64,000 bases of DNA from Octopus vulgaris (lineage: Eukaryota): assembly GCA_951406725.2 (NCBI GenBank), contig OX597817.1, forward strand, positions 58,590,001 to 58,654,000, in the 5' to 3' direction. Below are positions 13,640 to 64,000 of this stretch, piece by piece; positions within the stretch are counted from its first letter, which is position 1, and each line of letters opens with the position of its first letter. The notes beneath the pieces are model-generated. The model was not told the DNA's origin. It worked only from the letters and a program-made list of their open reading frames with translations, and did not search any database. Both the position numbers and the translations under genes were made by a program.

Positions 13640-14300
13640 GCCCGAGTAGGACTTTCATCCAGCTGGCTAGATGGATCCTGAGAACATTCAGAACCAGAGA
13701 TAAGGAAACCATAATGGTCCTATGGAGGATTCGACCTCAGCCGCCTGGATTACTACTCCCAGCTATGCTCACCCAACAGTGTAAAATTAACAACAGACCT
13801 TGAAGCAATCCAGCGAAGATTCACAAAGAAGATCGTCTCTTTGCAACTGCTCAGCTACTGGGAAAGCCTGAAACAGCTAAGACTCTATTCTCTGGAGCGA
13901 AGGCGGGATAGGTATACAGTAATTTACATCTGGAAGATCTTCGAAGGAATTGTGCCAAATTTTGGCATTGAAAGCTACACCAATACCAGAACGGATCGAC
14001 ACTTCATAGTGCCAAAGATTTCAGCAATGTCATCACGCTTTAGGACCAGTTACTGCAACAGCCTAGGTTTCAGGGGTCCACATCTTTTTAATATTCTCCC
14101 AAAGAGCCTGAGGAACCTGCACAAAATAAGATTCCTGATGAGAATCCCAAATGAACCTACCTCAAGGCAAGAGGAGCAAATGAGGGTAGCTACATTAACT
14201 CCATTCTTCACCAAGTGCTACATATTGGAGGAGGCTCTCAGTAATAACAGTGTAGCAAAACGGCGTTGCATCAGCATGGCCGCAGCTCTGAGCTGAAACT
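13640..14300 (+). mobile_element. Degenerate CR1-like 3' fragment
   Basis: WILRTFRTRD, YWESLKQLRLYSLERRRDRY and GPHLFNILPK parallel the C-terminus of the element at 1210. Confidence 0.8.
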
Positions 14301-14378
14301 ACAGAGTATATATATATATAATATTTGCTGTTTATCATTTAATTGAATGCCACGCATCCATTTACAAGTATATATATA

Positions 14379-14853
<475 letters not shown>

Positions 14854-15174
14854 GCATATAGAAACCCCTTGGATTTCAGTGGTTTCACTGTGTATCAACT
14901 GTCTGATTGTTGATATAACAAGAAAGCTAAAATCCATTCAACGAATGCCATCCGACTAATTCTCAGTCAACTCCAATCAATTGTATTCCGCACTGCATGG
15001 GTTGTGTTGTTCAATTATTTTCCTCATTTTAAATATTAATTAGCTTTCTCAGCTTCCAACGCCTATTTATATACATTAAAAGTTTGATTCATGCATAACG
15101 TTTAGTATATTGACTTGCAATATACCATTCGTCCATGAACTGATCAATCTTGTTATCCACTAACATTGTAATGG

Positions 15175-15390
15175 AGGCGAGCTGGCAGAATCGTTAGCAC
15201 GCCGGGCGAAATACTTAGGAGTTTATCGTCTGTCGTTACGTTCTGAGTTCAAATTCCGCCGAAGTCTACTTTCTTTTTCATCCTTCCGGGGTCGATAAAT
15301 TAAGTACCAGTTGCGTACTGGGGTCGATATAATCGACTGGCCCCTCTCCCAACATTTCTGGCCTTATGCCTATAGTAGAAAGGATTATTT
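15175..15390 (+). mobile_element. SINE family B (other copies near 16816, 20862, 25562, 33381, 43173, 46698, 50732 + and 36640-37432 -)
   Basis: Recurrent ggcgagctggcagaatcgttagcacgccgggcgaaat..gagttcaaattccgccgaggtcgactttgcctttcatcctttcggggtcgat. Confidence 0.85.
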
Positions 15391-15910
15391 CTAACTCTTC
15401 ACAAAGCAGTGAGCTGGCAGAATCGTTAGCACTCCGGGCGGGATACTTGGCGGCATTTATTTCGTCTTTACGTTCGAATTCCTTCGGTTTCGACGTGGAT
15501 TTTCATTCGTTCGGATTCGATAAAATAGATACCAGTTGAACACTAGGTGAATTCAGTCGACTTAGCCCTCTCTCCACAAGCTTGCTGGCCTTGTGCCAAA
15601 ATTTGAAGATGTTGTTTTTGGAACCATTTCTACTAAGCCTTACCTATTTGATTGCTGATTATTCCAAAATCAGGTATTTCCGCGGTATCTCTTATCTTTT
15701 ACATGTTTCAGTCATTGGACTACGGCTATGCTGGGGCACGACCTTGAAGGGTTTTGGTCGAACAGATTCACCCTCCCGCCTCTTGATATTTATTCTATCC
15801 TTCGCTTTGGTCGAACCACAAGTTACGGTAATGGAACTTAGCAGTGTGTGGGGTGGAAACACGGACTCAAAGCCACGCACGCGCATACGGACACGGACAC
15901 ACACACACAC

Positions 15911-15948
<38 letters not shown>

Positions 15949-16679
15949 GCGCGCACACACACACACGCACACACATACACATATGTATATCTCTCTCACT
16001 CTTCCTCCTTGACTCCCTCGTCGCTGAAACGTGACGAAAGGGAATCTATCTTCCTTCCCATTTCCTTCCTAAAGACAACGCGTGCTTATACCTGTCTCCT
16101 CTCATAAGCTCGTCCTCCTAGCGTTCATAATAATTTTTCTATCGTCTTAAGTTAACAGCCCTCACCGTTTGTTTTTACTGTCTTGTTCTAACTGTCCTGT
16201 TCTTGTAACCACTTTCACCCACCGCAAGAAATCCCAAATTTTATTTAATTTGCTTTGCGGGAAGGATTGTTTCAACGAAGTCGCATATTGTCCTTGCCTT
16301 CGAAACACAGAGTAGATGAAACAGGGACAACTGATGAAGGGGAATATGCTTTCTGTTGCATGTCTCATTTCTCTATTTGTTTCTTTTCTTGTTCGAAAAA
16401 TAGTTCGTTTTCTATGTTTTTGTTTTAATATTTTCGTTTCTCATTGTGCTCAACGTTTTTTTGATGCCCTGTACCCATATATGCATGTATATATACATAT
16501 ATATGTAGGTATAGATATATATGTATGTATATATGCATATATTTATATATTATTTTTATTATTATATGATCGAACGCCACGCATCCTTTTCCAAGTAAGT
16601 TTATCTATCTATCTATGCATGTATGTATGTATGTATGTATGTATGTATGTATGTATGTATGTATGTATGTATGTATCTA

Positions 16680-16746
<67 letters not shown>

Positions 16747-17696
16747 CAACAGCGTTATACATTGCATTTCGTTGTTGCAAACCAGTATTGTACTCCATGT
16801 GACGTATATGGGAAAGGCGGCGAGCTGGCAAAATTGTTAGCGCGCCGGGTAAAATATTTATCGGCATTTCGTCCGCGTTTATGTTCTGAGCTCAAATTCC
16901 GCCGACGTCGACTTTGCCTTTTATCCTTTCGGGATCGATAAAATAAGTACCAGTTGAACACTCAGATTTATATAATCGGTTTACACCCTTCCTCGATATT
17001 GCTGGCCTTGTGCCAGAAATTTGAATCCAACATTCCATATATGAAATTGTAGATTCTATTGTTGGTTTCAACGCATGAGAAGAATCCAGTTGTTTAATTG
17101 TCTAAAAGATCGACATTTTGAGGTGCGATGGGTCAAGTGGATAAGTATTTCTCAGACAGTGTACCCTTAAACGTAAATCTCAGGTAAATGGGTATTCCGT
17201 CGGTTACGACAACGAGGGTTCCAAATGATCCGATCAACAGAGCGGCCTGCTCATGAAATTAACGTGCAAGTGGCTGAGTACTCCGCAGACCCTTAACGTA
17301 GTTCTTAGGGTGAAATCCAGTGTGACACAGAATATGACAAGGCTGGCCCCTTTGAATTACAGGTACTACTCATTTTTGCCAGCAGAGTGGACATGAAATA
17401 AAGTGTCTTGCTCAAGGACGCGACACACTGCCGGGAATCGGATTCTCGATCTTACGATCGTGGGCCGAACACCCGAACCACTAAACCTCGCAACCTCACG
17501 GCTGGGTTTTTAGATTACAAGAACATCAGGAACAATCCAGCTGGCAGGCTTCAGCACAGTTTCCGTCTACCTAATTTCATCCACATGTCTTTGGTTGAGC
17601 CGTGACGGTGGTAAAAACACTAGCCCGTGATGAAATGCAATGAGATGGAACCCGTGACCGAATGGTTACGATACGATTTTATCAATCACTCATCAA

Positions 17697-17740
<44 letters not shown>

Positions 17741-17756
17741 TGTGCGTGTGCGTGTA

Positions 17757-17825
<69 letters not shown>

Positions 17826-18223
17826 AAGATGGATTCTCTCGTCGCTTCGACGAATGAGGATTTAGTAGAAAAAATAAATCATCAACCTAAGGTCCCTTGT
17901 GTGTTGGATCGAAGCAGACGACTTCCTTTGCCTCTCTCCAGCACCATTTTCCCTATCGCCATGGAACTTATAAAAGATATGTGATGATGCTGATGCTGCT
18001 ATCTTGGATAGAATCGTTACCGCGCCGGGAAAAATGCTTAGAGACATTTCGTCCGTCTTTACATTCTGAGTTTGAAATTCCGCTGAGGTCGACTTTACCT
18101 TTCAACCTTTCGGAGTCGATAAATTAAGTATCAGTTGCGTACTGGGGTTGATATAATCGACTTAGTCCCTCCCCCAAAATGGTTGCCCTTGTGACAAAAT
18201 TTGAAACCATTATTATTATTATT

Positions 18224-18259
<36 letters not shown>

Positions 18260-18378
18260 ATTAAACTGCCAAGGTCGACTTTGCCTTTCATCCTTTTGGG
18301 GTCGATAAATTTAGTACCAGTTACGCACTGGGGTCGATGAAATCGACCATTCCCCCCGCCAAAAAAAAATTAGGAGGG

Positions 18379-18417
<39 letters not shown>

Positions 18418-19171
18418 ATAGTGACCACTTATGTATAAAAGTATCACGTGATTCGACCAGATGTTGTTATACATCCCTGGTTACAATGCGCTTTGCATCA
18501 CTTTAGCTTTCGAATGGTGCCACCCCACTGGCCGGACAAACAAACCAACGTTCCTCCAGATTGGGAGGCTGGTCCGTTGCAGGGTGACCCATTTACAGCT
18601 GAGTGGACAGGGGTTGTGTGACCAAAAACACAATGCGCTGCTCTGTTAGAAAATCGAATCCACGTCCTAGAGATCGTGAGTGCAATACGCTTAACCACGA
18701 GGCCACGCGCCTTCATATAAGAGAACGTATAATAGTATGCAAATAGTTTTATTGGCTGTGTGGTATGTAGCTTGCTTACCAACCACATGGGTCCGGGTTC
18801 AGTCCCACTGCGTGGCACCTTGGGCAAGTGTTTTCTACTATAGCTTTGGGCTGTCCAAAGCCTTGTGAGTAGATTTGGTAGACGGAAACTGAAAGAAGCT
18901 CGTCATATATATGTGAGTGTGTGTGTGTTTGTCCCACCACCATCGCTTGACAAGTGACGTTGGTGTGTTTACGTCCTCATAACCTAGCGGTCCGGCAAAA
19001 GAAACCGATAGAAAAAGTATTAGGTTTACAAAGAATAAGTCCTGGGATCGATTTGTCCTACTAAAAACGGTGCTCCAACATGGCTATAGACTGAAACAAG
19101 TGAAAACGAAAAAAATGTGTGTGTACATTAAATATTCTTAATAAAGGCAAGTGAGTCCAGTTTAATAAACT

Positions 19172-19177
19172 TTTATT
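19172..19177 (-). promoter_or_regulatory. Candidate polyadenylation signal of the hexosaminidase gene
   Basis: AATAAA on the minus strand about 240 bp after the stop; another overlaps the stop codon at 19416-19421. AT-rich context makes chance hits likely. Confidence 0.3.
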
Positions 19178-19416
19178 TGAGGTAAAAAAAAAAAAAAAGA
19201 TTCTTTGAGAGATTCCTGTCGATACCAATTTGCCAATTCAGTCTTTGAAAAATATGACGAAAATGAAGAATATAATTGTGATTTTGTAACAAGTTGGTTC
19301 TATGTTGGTACAATCAATGCCCATTGCTTTAAAGCTGCAAAGATTGCGAAAAATAGAATAATGGGTCTTTCGTGGAGATTAGATTAAAATAATGAAATAT
19401 TAATTGAACGAGTTGT

Positions 19417-59774
<40,358 letters not shown>

Positions 59775-60079
59775 GTTACTCGCTGGTCACAGGCCTGGAG
59801 GAAATATGTCCCCTGTGAGACACAGGAAATGGTGAATTCATTTACAAGTATTGCGGAAAGCCAGATATACAATACGGATATGATAGTGAAAGTCGAAATG
59901 GAACACAAAAACGATTAATACGAAACAAGAAGGGAATCCTTCTCGCCTGGAGACTAGAATCCGTATTATTTCGCAAGGATCAATAAGAACCTAGGGTTAC
60001 TACAAAGAATGGTATATACAATTTGTCATTTCCGAACAGCTTGCTTAAAATGTTTCTGCTCGCGTTGTATCCGAGAAAA

Positions 60080-60114
<35 letters not shown>

Positions 60115-61023
60115 CAAGTTTATGCAGACTTGGCTTTGTTTTAAATTCCGTGAACAAGGTATTGGCGAAGGTATTGGTGAAGACGAGGTTTGAGTAAAAG
60201 ACTCGTAAACAAAATGTCATGCTCTTTGATTGAAACAGGGACCACGAATCTAGAAATTATTGGTTTGTGTGTATCGTTATATATAATGCATAACCTAGCA
60301 ATTCGACAAATAGTGTCGATGAAATACCCTGAGATAAATACGGAAATTTACATGATCAACAAAAAAAAAATGTTAAAGATTGTGATCCAACATGGCCGCA
60401 GTCAGGTGATTAATACCAGTACGCACAACGCACATACGTGTCTGTCTGTCTACCTGTCTACCTGTCTGTCTATCATTAATTTAAATTTCAATAGATTTGT
60501 CCAAATATTTTATGATGGTTAACCATGATCTGGAAACTCTAGACGGAATCGACGTGAATTATGAATTTTGTCTTTTCACATACTAGTTAATCACTTGCTA
60601 GTTAATCAGTTCATACTGTAAAAAAAAAAATCCACAGTTATCTAACATTTAAAAAGGATCAATCTAAATAACGAGTGTGCATGTTTCGACGATGGACTTT
60701 TACATTTATGTAAAAAAGAAAAAAAAGAATATCCATCATTTCATCGGTAATTGAAATCTAAATCTTAAACGTTTAGACTCCAGTTGCCGATGGATGCGCG
60801 CACGTACGTGTCTGCGTGTGGTAGGAAATGAGAGCTAAAAGTGGCAGGTAAAAAAAAATTAATATATATATAGACGCAGGAGTGATTGTGTGGTAAGTAG
60901 CTTGCTAACCAACCACATAGTTCCGGGTTCAGTCCCACTGCGTAGCGCCTTGGGCAAGTGTTTTCTATAGCCTCGGGCTGACCAAAACCTTGTTAGTGGA
61001 TTTGGTAGAGAGAAACTGAAAGA

Positions 61024-61088
61024 AGCCCAATGGATAAGGCACTGGCCTCCTAAGCTGGGGATTGCGGGTTCGTGTCCCGTCAGAGGTA
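61024..61088 (+). pseudogene. 5'-truncated tRNA-Arg(CCT)-like sequence nested in a SINE
   Basis: agcccaatggataaggcactggc-ct-CCT-aa-gctggggattgcgggttcgtgtcccgtcagaggta: D, anticodon and T arms are present; the 5' acceptor strand is missing; a T-run follows. Confidence 0.8.
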
Positions 61089-61919
61089 GTAAAGGTTTCT
61101 ATTTTTTTTTGTGGTGCACCTGAGCACTGTATACAATAATTTCATTATTATATTATTATATGTGTGTGTCTGTTTGTCCCCCACCATCGCTTGACAATCG
61201 ACGTTGGTGTGTTTACGTTCCCGTAACTTAGCGATTCAGCAAAAGAAACCCGATAGAATAAGTACTAGGCTTACAAAGAATAAGCCCTTGGGTTCGATTT
61301 CTTCGACTAAAGGCTGTGCTCCAGCATGGCCGCAATCAAAATGACAAACAAACAAAAAGAATACTGACCTTGAGTGGCGATCTCGGTTCTATGTATGTGA
61401 TGTAGGCCAGAGTGGTGTGGTGGAGGCCAACAACAAAACAAACCAACAATATTCCAATCATGGTCACAAACAGCGTGGCAACAATGATAACAACAACGAC
61501 GACACCCTACAGCTTTTCAAATATATTTTAAACTAATAAAAAACACACGACTAAATGCTTTCCTGTATGATTAAGTTTACCAAATCAAACGTTTTACTGA
61601 GAAAGACTCTGTAAGATCTTAAACTGCACAACGGAGTGGAGTGGATCATTTAGCATTTTAATAATGTGGAATAAATTATATGCACCGAAGATGTGAGAGC
61701 TTCAATGGAATAAGAATGGATCCGTTGTGAAGTGAGTGCTGAGGGCATGTCATCACGTACGGGTGATGGGAGCGTGTGAAGTGAAAGTCTTAACAGAGCA
61801 AACAAGGAAATTGTTCACGTTTCTCTATAAAGCCAGGTTTCCTTCTTCCAACCGGTGAAGCGGCTTCTTTGGTCCCAAAACATTTCGTTTCAGCTAAAAA
61901 AAAGTTGTTTAATCTCCTC

Positions 61920-62056
61920 ATACATACATACATACATACATACATACATACATACATACATACATACATACATAAATGCATACATATATACACATACACA
62001 AATTTTTAGACATGAATATATGTATATATATATGTATATATATATGTGTATATATA

Positions 62057-62112
<56 letters not shown>

Positions 62113-62158
62113 AATGCACACATATATAGACGCACGCACAAATTTTTAGACATGTATA

Positions 62159-62189
<31 letters not shown>

Positions 62190-62241
62190 GTATATATAAA
62201 TGCACACATATATAGACGCACGCACAAATTTTTAGACATGA

Positions 62242-62280
<39 letters not shown>

Positions 62281-62330
62281 TACATACATACATATATACA
62301 CACACGTACACATTTAGACATGAAAAAATA
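61920..62330. repeat. Minisatellite with core cacaaatttttagacatg separated by (TA)n-like spacers
   Basis: Core near 61997, 62137 and 62223, plus a degenerate copy near 62310. Confidence 0.85.
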
Positions 62331-62989
62331 TACACATACACGCACAAATATACATGCGCACACATACACGCTCGCGCACGTACATACGCGCACACAAACA
62401 TACATTTCGACACATACATAATCCCGATATATACATTCATGCGCACATGCACGCGTACCTACGCAAACGTACCTACGCACACGATACATAAATAATACAA
62501 GCACACACACACACACAGTCTTTAATCAGTATATATATCCACAGCCATACCCATCTGGTAAGCCATACATTTAAGTTCATACGTCTATTGACAGAAGATT
62601 AACGACCTTTCCATCCTAATTAAATATTGTATTAAGCAGAAAAGCATCGACTTCAGATTGTCCAATATGCGGATTCTTAACTCCTTCACAACAGCTCAGC
62701 CTCATACTTAATTTCAATGCTGTATTTATTGTCATTTACTGATGTAGCTAATTAAGGAAATAATTAAACAGTTGCTAACATTGCGATCCAATTTCTGATT
62801 TGGTTAAGGATTTACAAATATTATTAATCAGTTATTCATTCCCCTCGCCAGTGTTGTTAAGCAATTATTGGTAAACGAATTACTTTTCTAGTCAAGCCAG
62901 TAGTGATAGGGTTAGCAAAATATATTTTGTTTCAATCGGTGTGGCCATGCTGGAGCAGAACCTAGTAATTATTTTTAAGTCTAGGAAAT

Positions 62990-63255
62990 GCAAGTGCAGG
63001 ACCGCCCTGTCTAGCGTAGCAGCATCCACAGAGGTGCCAACTCCTACGAACAGAATAGGGTCGCAGGAGCACAAAGAGAGCTTGAGCTGCGCAAATCCAT
63101 AGCCAACTCCTTGCATTCATTCTCAGCAGACCACCATTGCCTGGCCTGCAGCAGAGCCTTCGGATCACGCATCGGACTGACCAGCCACGGGCGGACGCAC
63201 CCATCTTATTCTCTCAAGTGATGTCTTGGTCATCGTCGACAACGACGGACGAAAA
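62990..63255 (+). mobile_element. RTE LINE 3' end fragment
   Basis: QDRPV*RSSIHRGANSYEQ..HCLACSRAFGSRIGLTSHGRTH C-terminal zinc finger. Confidence 0.75.
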
Positions 63256-63784
63256 TTATTATTACTTCAATGTGACGCTGGGTACAAATATACGAAGCCC
63301 AGTATACCCATCATGACTACCCGTCTGATAAGGGTACACCAGGCACATGCATCACAATCGTATGTGCACGACATGGAGATCTCATATCAAGATAAACAGC
63401 GCATGACCTTGCAGGTGGGACCCAGTTAGAATTTTCTTCAGGCCAAGTAGCTCATCTTGCTTAAATGATCTGTGAATAAGGTTTGTTTAAAGATGACGAA
63501 TAAAACACCCATGTTTCCATAGGTGAATTAGTCAAACCGCAAAGAATTCCTCCCAACACATGGCTATGATGCTCCCCCACTACTTCTGCTCGTGATCAGA
63601 GATGCACACATCGTCAGCCACTAAGGGACATGCTCAACAGTTGAGGGTCAAACAACTTTCAAGCAAATTATAGCCCATCTTTTTATACCAAGACAAACAT
63701 GTGCATAACACTTCCAATCAATTAAGACCAGAAGCCATGAGAGCCAATGCCGGGTACGTACAACAGATTAAACTGTTTGAAAGG

Positions 63785-64000
63785 AAAAATTCCTAACATC
63801 GGGCTACAACAAGTAACCTCAGATGCCAAGAACCTTCCTAAGTATCCAAGTTGTCCCTAATAACACTTTTCTGAAGCTGCACTCGACTATTCCCTCTACC
63901 CATCGGTTCAACTCTTTAAGGATAGTTCCTAATGCGCCTATAACTACAGGGGTACATTTTACCCGCTCCTTCCATGGCCTCTGTAACTCAATGACTTGAT
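63785..64000 (-). mobile_element. R4/Dong-clade 3' fragment (continues beyond the window)
   Basis: IELQRPWKERVKCTPVVIGALGTI..LLGTTWILRKVL. Confidence 0.7.

Noticed and set aside
61990-62330. Repeat-spacer pattern superficially like a CRISPR array
   Set aside because: Spacers are (TA)n-derived and similar to each other, the context is eukaryotic, and there are no cas genes; it is a minisatellite.

Overview
AT-rich, extremely microsatellite- and SINE-dense animal genomic DNA. The repeat families look octopus-like (coleoid cephalopod); this is an inference, not a database result. One host gene can be reconstructed by hand: a minus-strand GH20 beta-hexosaminidase (HEXA/HEXB-like) with 13 coding exons over about 19.4-59.8 kb. 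Exons 2-13 join in frame with GT-AG ends, and five exon lengths match the human gene as I recall it. The protein is atypical: HLGMDEV instead of HLGGDEV, an insertion after TPCY, and a hydrophobic C-terminal tail. The exon 1/2 junction lacks a well-placed canonical acceptor. The rest is a transposon landscape: a CR1-like LINE with an unbroken EN+RT frame, a near-full-length disabled RTE LINE, Tx1-, Dong/R4-, Penelope- and RTE-type remnants, four Tc1/mariner elements, a Mutator-like MITE, a Sola3-like transposase relic, tRNA-derived SINEs, and several short, often palindromic, elements carrying hammerhead-ribozyme-like cores. Most ORFs in the supplied track are microsatellite or SINE artefacts. 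No CRISPR array or rRNA gene is present.
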